A stretch of 45,234 bases of DNA, taken from positions 1-45,234 of the forward strand of contig JAKQHK010000077.1 of NCBI GenBank assembly GCA_029573015.1. Reading direction: 5' to 3'. Position 1 is the first letter of the stretch. Each line of letters opens with the position of its first letter. This DNA is from a bacterium (lineage in GTDB: Bacteria; Patescibacteriota; CG2-30-54-11). Of this stretch, positions 19,505 to 28,645 are shown piece by piece. The translations under genes and the position numbers were made by a program. Below the pieces are notes generated by a model. That model worked only from the letters and a program-made list of their open reading frames with translations. It was not told where the DNA came from and searched no databases.

Positions 19505-20640
19505 TTACGGCTGCTGGGCATCCAATTGCTCGGCTGCTTGCTCGATAGCTTGTAAAAATGGATTCCAGACATAGGGCGATTCTGGCGGTATACCAGGGAA
19601 AGCGAGATTGGCACGAAAAAAACGATCTGGATCGATAAAAGGATCCCCGCGTTCACCGACATCCCGTTTATGTGCCCAGGGCCAATGCGCTTTATCGTCG
19701 AAAGCCCAACCGACCTCGGCGGGTTTATCCCCTCTCATCGCACCTGGTAAATTGACTCCCAGATAAGGAAAAAAATCAGCATACCTGCCGTTACCGGATC
19801 CCCAATCGGCAAACAGCGCATCCAGCCACAAGTCCTCATATATACCCCTCATACCATACTCCCAGGGTGCTACACCCGGGATAACCGGTGCGGCATCTGC
19901 TCCCTGCAGCTTGAGCATCAATATATCACCAGCTCCATCAGGAACCTCACCGACGATTTCGATCCCGTGTCCACCTGCTTCGACCCGCAGCATTATCCGG
20001 CCATCAGCAGGTGCGGGCAGATGAACAATTTCCACATGACCTGCAGCAGGGTTTACCTGCACCGCATCATCAAATACATAAAATGTCCCTTTGCCATGCG
20101 GCGATGCGAACGCAGCTATTATTTTCCCGCCATCCGCATTTTTCTCAATAGCCAAAACAACTGTTTCCATATCATTCTCATGACAGGCATTACGATCAAT
20201 CGAGCACTTAATATCTTGACGAGCAGATTCGTAATCCCGCGGATAAAACAATGAATACGTAACATAATAGTGAGTGTCCGTCTCAACCACCTGCTGGTAT
20301 GCTTGAGGATTAATTCCGTCCATTACTGGCAGGTTCTCCCAATTATCAATCGTAGCATCCGTACCATCAAAATCAACAGCTAACGGTCGGCTATGGGATC
20401 GCTCCCTAACTCTTGTAACACGATAGGGGCGAAATGCTGGGCAACTTCCTGATACTGTTCCCGCATGTCTGTATCAGCCCAATATCGCACGATATCAGGA
20501 AGAGACGCATCCAAAAGCTGTGCTCGCGATTGTTCAAGTTGTGATTCCCTGATCTCATCAGCCTGAGCAGCATTACAGGCCCCCAGCAGCAAAGAGATAA
20601 TTATCAGCGCATTTACCCATCTCCCCCGATCAAACCGCAT
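19505..20640 (-). pseudogene. Putative lipoprotein split by a single frameshift near 20381
   Basis: Upstream ORF has a lipobox (LLLGAC) and ends ..HFAPIVLQE..DPIADR-TAG. The -1 frame continues without a stop as LAVDFDGTDATIDNWENL into the 272 aa ORF (VETDTHYY..PRDY..HENDME). Confidence 0.7.
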
Positions 20641-20895
20641 ACAACCGGTTAAAAGAGTACCTTTTTCCAATAAACCAGCTGCAATATCCCTGACGATCAT
20701 GAGGTAATTCCTTTTTAGTTTGCTAGTTTCATATAGTAATCTGACGCGACCGGCAATAGCCTCTGCCCATTTTTCCAAAATACTGGCTTCCTGTTTCTCA
20801 TATATATTAACATTTTCTGCCTGCAACCGATTCATAGTTGTATTTACTGTTATATACAATCTTGAATAACTAAGTATACAGTAAATTCGCTTCCC

Positions 20896-20929
20896 AAAAA
20901 ACAGGTTCGAGGTATACCACTCGAACCTG
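20896..20929 (-). terminator. Intrinsic terminator after the TMEM43-family gene
   Basis: 10 bp stem CAGGTTCGAG/CTCGAACCTG with 8 nt loop, then TTTTTT on the minus strand. Confidence 0.88.
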
Positions 20930-20955
20930 CGTGCTACTAAACAGACAAACAGATG

Positions 20956-22218
20956 CTACGCTTTGGGCGTCGGCCTCACAACCGCACTCTTGCCCGCTTT
21001 CATCTGCTTCATGCCATAAACAGCAGCAACAGCCAAAGCGATCAGCACAATCGATAGCACCGGCCGGTACACAAACCAGGCGATTGCCACCGCCACGAGC
21101 GTCAATGCCAGCGCGATGACAAAAGATATGAGACCGATGCCGAACTGGGCGATATCTCCGAGAAGGGGTATGGGGTCTGCAAGCACAGAGAGCGGTTTGA
21201 AGATCATATTAACGGCAATCAGCATGAGGATGAAGCAGAACACCCGCAAACCCCAGGTTAATGCCTTATTGCCGGAGATGGCAGCGTCAAACATCTGTTC
21301 CGCATCCTGATCACCGATAGAAAGCATTTCTATGGTCTTCCCTGCTTTGGTTTTATACGGTTTGAACGAATCATCAGACTGTTTGGCAATAATGCTCACC
21401 GTTCCCGGTCTGACGATTTCATAGGTCACTCGCACGTCTCCCACTTCCGGATTTGCCGGGTCTTTCCCGACAAAGTACGCTTTCTGACCATCAAAGGATG
21501 CCTCTTTGGGTCCGGTGGTATCTGTTGTCGTCGTCCCGGCTGTATACCCGCTTTCATAGGCTGAATCATAAAAATAGGAGCTATAGTCGCTCGCATACGG
21601 AGAATCTGTCCCGCTAGTCGGTTCTTCGCTCGCCGGGCTCGTTGCCTCAGCCGGCCAGAAGTACTCGTAATTGCTGATTTTCCCGATCAGCGAAGAGGAA
21701 AGAGTAAATGCTCCGATTGTTACCTGCCCGGCAACAAAATCCTTTGACTCGTACGGAAGGGTGGTGGGATTTTTGTGATCGTCGGTCATCTGAAACTTGC
21801 TGGAATCAATCAATTCCGGATACCAGTCTTTTTTATACGTATAGGATGTTTTGGTATTCGTATTTCCATTGGCATCTTTTTCGGACGTCGTCTGCTCGAC
21901 CTCCTGCCACTGATACATCTCCACGTTGCGTTTCAGTTTCACAGCCTCGGCAGAAACAAAAAAATCGCTGTCGGTCAGCGTGCCCTCGACTTTTGTTTTC
22001 CCGCTGATGTGGACAAGCTTGCCTTCATTGTCAGAAGAAATTGCATCCGCTTCAACCGACACAACCTTGTCTGCACCTTCTTCCAGGGATTTGGCAGTCT
22101 TGACTGCCCGTCCTTCGTTCCAGAATACCGCTCCAATCGCTACGAAAACGAGCAGCACACCGGTGAAAATGCCTTTGGCCGAACTTCCCAGACGTCCGAG
22201 CCAGGATGTGACTGACAT
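20956..22218 (-). CDS. TMEM43/LUMA-family membrane protein
   Basis: SWLGRL, FWNEGRAVKT, NEGKLVHISG, KLKRNVEMYQW.E, PEVGDVRV, TWGLR, AW..YRP. Confidence 0.9.
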   Translation of the reverse strand: MSVTSWLGRLGSSAKGIFTGVLLVFVAIGAVFWNEGRAVKTAKSLEEGADKVVSVEADAISSDNEGKLVHISGKTKVEGTLTDSDFFVSAEAVKLKRNVEMYQWQEVEQTTSEKDANGNTNTKTSYTYKKDWYPELIDSSKFQMTDDHKNPTTLPYESKDFVAGQVTIGAFTLSSSLIGKISNYEYFWPAEATSPASEEPTSGTDSPYASDYSSYFYDSAYESGYTAGTTTTDTTGPKEASFDGQKAYFVGKDPANPEVGDVRVTYEIVRPGTVSIIAKQSDDSFKPYKTKAGKTIEMLSIGDQDAEQMFDAAISGNKALTWGLRVFCFILMLIAVNMIFKPLSVLADPIPLLGDIAQFGIGLISFVIALALTLVAVAIAWFVYRPVLSIVLIALAVAAVYGMKQMKAGKSAVVRPTPKA

Positions 22219-22244
22219 GATTCTTCTCCTTGATGGTTATAAGA

Positions 22245-22281
22245 AATTAGAAATTAGTAATTAGTCATAGGTCATTGGTCA
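22245..22281. repeat. Degenerate heptamer tandem repeat at purF 3' end
   Basis: AATTAGA AATTAGT AATTAGT CATAGGT CATTGGT. Confidence 0.7.
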
Positions 22282-23808
22282 TTATTTTTTTTGGGCTAGG
22301 AGTTTCTTCAGGCATTTCCTGCCGCCTTCTGTCGGGTACTCGCCGGTAAAACACCCGAGACAGAAATCTTCCCTTTTTAGATTCGAACTCCCGATAACTG
22401 CGTCTACCATATCCTCAACCGTATTGTATTGCAGGGTATCAGCAGCGATAGCCTTACGAATCTTTTCCACAGGCTTGTCATCAGCAGCGATCAGCTCGTC
22501 AAGCGTCGGCATGTTAATGCCATAAAAACAGGGGAATTTAATCGGCGCAGCCGCGACGCGCATATGCAATTTTTCTGCTTTGCAGACTTCCCGAACATAA
22601 TTCATAAGCTGTAACGAGGTGTTTCCGCGTACTATGCTGTCATCAAGCATAATCCATTCCTTCCCGTCCAGATAGTCAGGGGTTAGATCAAATTTATTCC
22701 TGATGATCTGCGCCCGGCTGATATAGGAGTAATCAGCCAAAAAAGATCGCGATTCATTCACTTTCACGAGCGCGTCGAAGCGGGGGAGAAAAACGCCTCC
22801 CCGATCCTTGTACGCTCCATGCTGATAGCCATCTGCCATGCCGATGGCGGTGCCGGGCACCGGACCGCATACCATGTTCTCATTAAACTCGAGCTGCTCA
22901 CGCTGTGCTAACTTGCGGCCGAGCGAGACACGTGCCCGCTGCACCGATCTGCCCGCAAACGTAGAAGCAGCATTCATGAAATAAATGTATTCAAAAATGC
23001 AATGTTTCGGCTGGCATTTCGGCACATAGCGCGATACTTTCACATGCACTCCGTCGCAATGCACGAACGTACCCGGCTCTACCTCACGAATATCGTCGAT
23101 ACCCAGGGCTCTGATGGCGCTGTCTTCGGAAGCGGCAACAAGCACATTATCGCCAAAACCATAGAAAAAAGGATGATTTCCAATCGGATCCCGGACAAGC
23201 AGCAGCTCTCCCTGTGAATTCAGAAAGACAATGTTATAGGCGCCATCGAACTTCTGCGAAAAATCATAAAAAATATTGACCCAGTCCTTGATGCTCGGCT
23301 TGCGGTCCAGATATCCGAGCTCACGGGAAAAATACACACGCATCAGCTCGGTATCGCCCTCGGTTTTCAGGTAGTAATCGTGACCATCATTGAGCAGGCT
23401 GCTGCGCAGTTCATCTACATTCGTAATGTTCCCGTTAAAGGCAAAGGCAAATTCCTTCCAGCGGCGGTTATGTGCACGCAGATAGGGATGCGCGAGAGCA
23501 TAAACCACCGCATCATCATCAGAAGAACCGCTGGTCGCATAGCGGTTATGGCCTATAGATGCCAATCCGGAAAATTCTTCTAGAAATTTGCGGTGCTTGT
23601 AACTGCCGATCTCGCCAAAAAAGGTCTTTGCCGTCCCTCTCCCCTTCTGGCAGTCAAGCATGTTGAAGCCTTCGGGATTGTACCGCGCAATCCCCGTGCT
23701 CAGATCCCCACGGTTTTGCAGACGAAGAAGCAAACTGTTAACGAGCGCTGTTGCTTTGGGACTGATTTCCCTGGAACTGAGCTGATAGGCTGCTGCAATA
23801 CCGCACAT
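22282..23808 (-). CDS. purF: Amidophosphoribosyltransferase (Fe-S type)
   Basis: MCG N-terminus, GHNRYATSG, NGN, CIFEYIYF, DDSIVRGNT, PCFYGI, CLGCF. Confidence 0.95.
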   Translation of the reverse strand: MCGIAAAYQLSSREISPKATALVNSLLLRLQNRGDLSTGIARYNPEGFNMLDCQKGRGTAKTFFGEIGSYKHRKFLEEFSGLASIGHNRYATSGSSDDDAVVYALAHPYLRAHNRRWKEFAFAFNGNITNVDELRSSLLNDGHDYYLKTEGDTELMRVYFSRELGYLDRKPSIKDWVNIFYDFSQKFDGAYNIVFLNSQGELLLVRDPIGNHPFFYGFGDNVLVAASEDSAIRALGIDDIREVEPGTFVHCDGVHVKVSRYVPKCQPKHCIFEYIYFMNAASTFAGRSVQRARVSLGRKLAQREQLEFNENMVCGPVPGTAIGMADGYQHGAYKDRGGVFLPRFDALVKVNESRSFLADYSYISRAQIIRNKFDLTPDYLDGKEWIMLDDSIVRGNTSLQLMNYVREVCKAEKLHMRVAAAPIKFPCFYGINMPTLDELIAADDKPVEKIRKAIAADTLQYNTVEDMVDAVIGSSNLKREDFCLGCFTGEYPTEGGRKCLKKLLAQKK

Positions 23809-23845
23809 GGGGACTCCTGATAAGTCAAAATGAAAAAGGCAAAAA

Positions 23846-24523
23846 TTAAAAGATAAAAATGATGATTGCCAATAGAAATAAACCTAGTGGCATCCAGATA
23901 GATCCAATATCAACTACCATACTACCTTGCGATTTTATTTTCATTTCTTCAAACTGAACATTCTTTCTTGGTGCATAATAATTCAGAACTACATTTAAAG
24001 ATTCATTCCAATTATCCGGTTTCGATAAATATGAAAGTGGTACGGACCAGAAATATTCAGTTATCGATCTACTCATCAATTGTGAACCAGCATGCGGGAA
24101 CTGCGTTATGAACGCCTTAACAACAAAAAATCTGTCCAGCCAGAGCGCGTACAAAACACCTGTTTGCTGAAAATAATCTGATAATTTATTTTCTCTGATA
24201 CCGATTACTAGATACCAATTATTTAAACCGTCTCGCACATAATTTATTTTTTCTATATCTGACCACTTCAGTACGATTCGTTTGAATGGCATTGGAAAAT
24301 ATTCTAGACCAGTATCGTTCACAACTAAATGACCATGTTTGTAGTTCATACTAAAAGCAATGCTGAGCACAGCATTATAAATGGCAACGCTGCCTAATAA
24401 AAAAAATATCATGGTAGTATCATTTTTTTGTTCTGTGATGCTCAAACATAGAACTATTACTATAACAATCCAAATTGATCGTAATATTTTTTTAATATCA
24501 GTTTTTAATATCAGCGTATCCAT
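23846..24523 (-). CDS. Hypothetical AT-rich membrane protein
   Basis: Two N-terminal TMs, a possible PH-like segment and a C-terminal TM. Visibly more AT-rich than the flanking pur genes. Confidence 0.6.
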   Translation of the reverse strand: MDTLILKTDIKKILRSIWIVIVIVLCLSITEQKNDTTMIFFLLGSVAIYNAVLSIAFSMNYKHGHLVVNDTGLEYFPMPFKRIVLKWSDIEKINYVRDGLNNWYLVIGIRENKLSDYFQQTGVLYALWLDRFFVVKAFITQFPHAGSQLMSRSITEYFWSVPLSYLSKPDNWNESLNVVLNYYAPRKNVQFEEMKIKSQGSMVVDIGSIWMPLGLFLLAIIIFIF

Positions 24524-24557
24524 AATTATTACAGTTGCATTATGTGAACATTTAAGC

Positions 24558-25157
24558 TCATGATAAAGAAATCTCACCTTTGATCATGCTTTGCAAAATT
24601 TTTACAAATCCCTCCTGTTCAAGCTTTTGGACTTTAATTTTCAAGGATTCCACCGTTTCATCCTCTGCGATCTCAACTGCTTTCTGATAGACAATCGGTC
24701 CTCCGTCAACTTGTTCGGTTACCAGATGGATAGTGCAGCCGGTAACCTTGACCCCGCTGTCCAGTACATCCTGATGCACGTTCCGGTCCATCCCTCCGCC
24801 AAAAGCCGGAAGCAGGGAAGGATGCACATTGAGCATACGGTTGCGGAAGTGGGTAACAAAACCGTTTGTCACAATCCGCATATACCCGATCATCAGCACC
24901 AGATCAACCTGCGCTTCGTCAAGAAGCTGCGCTACCTTTGTATCATATTCTTCACGCGATGCAAAATCCTTTGGATCCACCCAGGCATGGGGTATCCCGT
25001 GCTTTTTGGCTTTCTGTAGAGCGCCGCAATCCTGCTTATTACTGATAACGGCTGCAATCTCGACACCGGCAAGCTCGCCGCTGGCGATAGCATCAATAAT
25101 TGCTTGCATATCGGTGGCGTTGGTGGAAGCGAGGATTCCTAGTCTTAATATGTTCAT
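24558..25157 (-). CDS. purN: Phosphoribosylglycinamide formyltransferase
   Basis: LAS.N.T.MQAII, GYMRI, NVHPSLLPAF.G, TGCTIHLV...VDGGPI. Confidence 0.97.
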   Translation of the reverse strand: MNILRLGILASTNATDMQAIIDAIASGELAGVEIAAVISNKQDCGALQKAKKHGIPHAWVDPKDFASREEYDTKVAQLLDEAQVDLVLMIGYMRIVTNGFVTHFRNRMLNVHPSLLPAFGGGMDRNVHQDVLDSGVKVTGCTIHLVTEQVDGGPIVYQKAVEIAEDETVESLKIKVQKLEQEGFVKILQSMIKGEISLS

Positions 25158-25700
25158 TCAATTCTCCGAACAAAATTTATCGAGTTCCCATTTTTGAGGG
25201 TTTTGTTGGATGTATTTTCGAATTGCATATAAAGATTTATCATTACGGAGTATGTGGTCATAGAAACGTGGTTGCCAAGCGAAATTTATTTTATTTTCAG
25301 TGGACCATTTTGTAACACCGATCTTGAAACCCCTAATGATTGAACCCAAATTCTTTGATTGGGAACCATATTTATTACCACCATCGTTATTTATAGTTGA
25401 GACGCAAAATCTTGCGTCTCTACATTTATCACTACCGATGATAATAATGCCATGCACGTGGTTGGGCATGATCACGTATTCATCCAATGTAACAAATGGG
25501 AAATGCTCTGGAATTGCCAACCAGCATTCTTTAACAACCGCTCCGACTGACGATAAATGCATGTCACCATTAACTATTTTACCAAAATAGCATTTTTTAT
25601 CCTTGGTACAAATTGTCACAAAGTAATATCCTGGCGTGGAATAATCCCAATATTTTAAACGCGTACTCTCAACTCGGTATTTTTTCTGAAATAATGTCAT
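25158..25700 (-). mobile_element. REP-associated tyrosine transposase (RAYT/TnpA-REP-like, HUH Y1 family)
   Basis: RL..WDYS.PG.YFVTICT, MPNHVHGII (HUH), LGSIIRGFK, WQPRFYDHILR, YIQQNP (catalytic Tyr). Confidence 0.9.
25396..25423 (-). repeat. GTAG-type REP-like palindrome inside the RAYT gene
   Basis: Minus strand reads GTAGAGACGCAAGATTTTGCGTCTCAAC: GTAG tetranucleotide followed by a hairpin. Confidence 0.7.
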
Positions 25701-26571
25701 GGCTTGAGGTTTCTGGATGTATAATTGTCGATACTACAGCTGACACGATAATCAACCCTCCCCCAATCAGCGCTGCTACCTGCATACCCTCACCAAGTAT
25801 TAGAAAGGCAAATAACGCCCCGAATACCGGCTCGGTGAGCAAGATCAGACTTCCTTTCTGTGCTTCAATGTATTTAAAACCGTAAACAATCAAAATACCC
25901 GTGGCGATAGAAATAATACCCTGTAACGCATTAGTGATCCAAGCAGCCGATAAGCTAACCGAAGGCATTGCCTCATGCGTCAACAAGCTCGCACATACGC
26001 CAAAGATAACACAAAAAATACAATCCATGGATACAATCTGCTCGTTCGAGTAGCTGCCAGAAAATTTCTTTGACAGCAGATTCCAAATCGCCAGCAGGAC
26101 TCCGGCAACATTTGCAAGTATATAAAACCAAATTTCATCTGCATCAAGAGAAAATCCATAGAGCAGCATAAGACCCATCAATGATAAACCGAGCGCATAT
26201 ATTTTATTCTGTGTAAGTCTCTCTTTCAAAAAAATTGTGCCGATACAAAATCCAGCTAGTGTGGAAGTTGCATATGACAGGATGTACACCGTCCCGATAT
26301 TAACCGCGTTGAATGCAGTAAAAGTGCATGACATCAGGATGATAGCAACCAGTGCTCGTATGGCATACCACAGCATATCGTTGCCTGCAACAGGTTTCCA
26401 CCTGCGTTTCACTACTATCCATGGAATAATTAAGCAAAGTATGAGTACATTTCTCGTCCAGGATTGGTAAAAAACTGCTAACTCATTACCAACAATACGA
26501 GCAAAAACGCCAAAAAGTCCATACAGCATAGCAGCTATAAGTAAGGCAAAAGAACCACGATAGTGCTTCAT
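25669..26571 (-). CDS. DMT/EamA-family transporter
   Basis: About 10 TMs in two repeats; FLKERLT and EPVFGALFAFLILGE motifs. Confidence 0.9.
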   Translation of the reverse strand: MKHYRGSFALLIAAMLYGLFGVFARIVGNELAVFYQSWTRNVLILCLIIPWIVVKRRWKPVAGNDMLWYAIRALVAIILMSCTFTAFNAVNIGTVYILSYATSTLAGFCIGTIFLKERLTQNKIYALGLSLMGLMLLYGFSLDADEIWFYILANVAGVLLAIWNLLSKKFSGSYSNEQIVSMDCIFCVIFGVCASLLTHEAMPSVSLSAAWITNALQGIISIATGILIVYGFKYIEAQKGSLILLTEPVFGALFAFLILGEGMQVAALIGGGLIIVSAVVSTIIHPETSSHDIISEKIPS

Positions 26572-26593
26572 GATTTTTTGAAATGATTAAGGT

Positions 26594-27691
26594 TTATTCG
26601 CTTCTAACGGCTAAGCTGGATCCTTCATAGACTATCTCAAGCGGCTCGATGACTACCTGCTTGTCTCCCTCCCGAACCGTACCTGCTTCCCAGGCAGTGA
26701 TGCCCTGCCGAGCAGCTAACGTAACAGCCTCGGCAGCCTGTGCTGCAGGCACAAAAACAGCAAATCCCGCTCCCATGTTGAGACTGCCATAGGCTTCCCG
26801 CAGATCGATCGGTCCCTGGTCAACCATGAACTGCAGGACTTCCGGAACGTCAGGAAGACTCGTAAGATGATAAGAAAATTTGGCTGAATGGCGCATGATT
26901 TTTCGCCAACCATGGCCGGTGATATTCGCAAGATAATGGATATCAATACCTGCGGTGAACAAAGCCTCAAGTACCTGGGCATAGAGAACCGTCGGTGCCA
27001 GTAACCCTTCGCCGTACATCTGCCCGCTTGGCATGAGGGTCGCGTAACCGTCTGACAAACGGTCAGCCAGGGCCCGCGCCAGGGTCAGCCCATTGGCATG
27101 GATACCGGAACTGGCAAGCAAGATAATCGCATCGCCCGCCTGTAATTTGTCACCAAGTGTGTAGCGCTCCCGCGGACTGATCATCCCTACACAGCTCGCC
27201 GCCAGATCGATTCTGCCTGGCATGACGATGCCATCCAGGCTCGGTGTCTCGCCCCCTGCCCAGACCGCGCAGCTTGCTTCACAGGCGGCTTTCCAACCGG
27301 CGACCAAATCAGCTGCGCGTTGCTTATCATTGAACCAGTCTGAACCACCAGCTGCCCAGTAGGCATGAATACTTACTGGTCTGGCTCCAACAGTGATCAG
27401 GTCGTTAACCGCCATAGCGATTGTGTCCTGTGCCAGCGTATCATAATACGTTTTTCCAGTAACAGTACGCAGGGCATCCGCAACAATCGGTTTCGTGCCA
27501 AGGCACTCGGTAATGGAAGCAAGATAAAAATCACCGCAATCCATCACATAAGCAGACTCGCCCCGGCTTTCCGGCATCTCTTTCCAGCCTGTGTTCGTTA
27601 ACTGACCGACTGTTGCACGTGCCGCCTGCTGAGCAAGAATCTTAAGTGGATCAATCCGGGAATAATCAACACCAGCCTGCTTGTAATCCAT
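26594..27691 (-). CDS. purM: Phosphoribosylformylglycinamidine cyclo-ligase (AIR synthase), divergent type
   Basis: MDYKQAGVDY, ECLGTK, AMAVNDL, GGET, SSGIHANG, NITGHG, NMGAGF. Confidence 0.9.
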   Translation of the reverse strand: MDYKQAGVDYSRIDPLKILAQQAARATVGQLTNTGWKEMPESRGESAYVMDCGDFYLASITECLGTKPIVADALRTVTGKTYYDTLAQDTIAMAVNDLITVGARPVSIHAYWAAGGSDWFNDKQRAADLVAGWKAACEASCAVWAGGETPSLDGIVMPGRIDLAASCVGMISPRERYTLGDKLQAGDAIILLASSGIHANGLTLARALADRLSDGYATLMPSGQMYGEGLLAPTVLYAQVLEALFTAGIDIHYLANITGHGWRKIMRHSAKFSYHLTSLPDVPEVLQFMVDQGPIDLREAYGSLNMGAGFAVFVPAAQAAEAVTLAARQGITAWEAGTVREGDKQVVIEPLEIVYEGSSLAVRSE

Positions 27692-27714
27692 AAATTTCTA
27701 CCTGTTGATAAATA

Positions 27715-28620
27715 TCAAGAACCGATGCGAACTGTATAGGCAGCAAGCAATTCAGCCTGAAAATGACCCTGGGCAGCAACTGCTGAATCCTGATCAGGAA
27801 ACAGCGCGATGACGCATCCGCCCCCGCCGCCGCCGGTCAGTTTGGCGCCAAGCGCTCCCTGGGCGCGCGCAGTATGAACGATTGTATCCAAACGAACGGT
27901 TGACACGCCGATCCCTACCAGTAACCCGTGATTCAAATTCATCAGTTCACCAAGTGCGTCCAGATCGCCGGACAGTAAAACCTGATGCGCTTGCGACGAA
28001 ATCCGCGAGCTAGCTGCGCAAAACTGGCTAAAGACTTCCTCCTGACGATCGCGTCGCAAGCGCACTTCAGCCACCATTTCTCTGGTCGCAGCTCTTGTAC
28101 CGCTGGATATGATCACCAGCCAGAACGGTTTACCGGGCAGAAAACGTTCGATCCGGTTTTCATCCGGATGAACCGGTCGCTTCTGAAATAAAATCGCTCC
28201 GCCATAGGTGGCAAGGGTGTTATCAATGCCGGACGGTGTCCCATGGAAAAACTTTTCTGCTTCATAGGCTATGGCGTTGATCCGCTCTTCTGGCAGGGCA
28301 AGCGCAAATTCCTTGGCAATCGCCCGGGCGATTGCCACGCTTAGGGCGGCTGATGACCCGGTTCCCTGACCCACCGGCAAGGCAGATTCAATGAGTAAAA
28401 CCCGTACCTGTTCTGAAACCCCAGCCGCTTGCCTGATAATCTGTACTGCCTGTTTAACCGCGTCAGCGTGCTCGTCTGACGGTCCTTCGTCCTGTTCAGA
28501 ACGCTCCAGGGTGACGGTGATGCCCCGATCAAGTCCTACCGCGATTGCCTCCGTGCCATACACGACAAAATGTTCACCGAACAGGATCGTCTTGCCCCAG
28601 CCGAATCCTGTTGATGCCAT
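27715..28620 (-). CDS. mvk: Mevalonate kinase
   Basis: GKTILFGEHFVVYG, PVGQGTGSSAA (GHMP), E..FHGTPSGID, GAKLTGGGGGG. AAGGAG RBS. Confidence 0.93.
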   Translation of the reverse strand: MASTGFGWGKTILFGEHFVVYGTEAIAVGLDRGITVTLERSEQDEGPSDEHADAVKQAVQIIRQAAGVSEQVRVLLIESALPVGQGTGSSAALSVAIARAIAKEFALALPEERINAIAYEAEKFFHGTPSGIDNTLATYGGAILFQKRPVHPDENRIERFLPGKPFWLVIISSGTRAATREMVAEVRLRRDRQEEVFSQFCAASSRISSQAHQVLLSGDLDALGELMNLNHGLLVGIGVSTVRLDTIVHTARAQGALGAKLTGGGGGGCVIALFPDQDSAVAAQGHFQAELLAAYTVRIGS

Positions 28621-28645
28621 GAACTGCTCCTTGGTAGGTATGCTA

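Noticed and set aside
20641..20859. 73 aa extension upstream of the lipoprotein signal peptide
   Set aside because: A lipobox signal normally starts the protein and the region is AT-rich and promoter-like; cannot be fully excluded.
25158..25700. Complete IS200/IS605 insertion sequence
   Set aside because: No tnpB and no room for subterminal hairpin ends; motifs fit the RAYT-like clade better.
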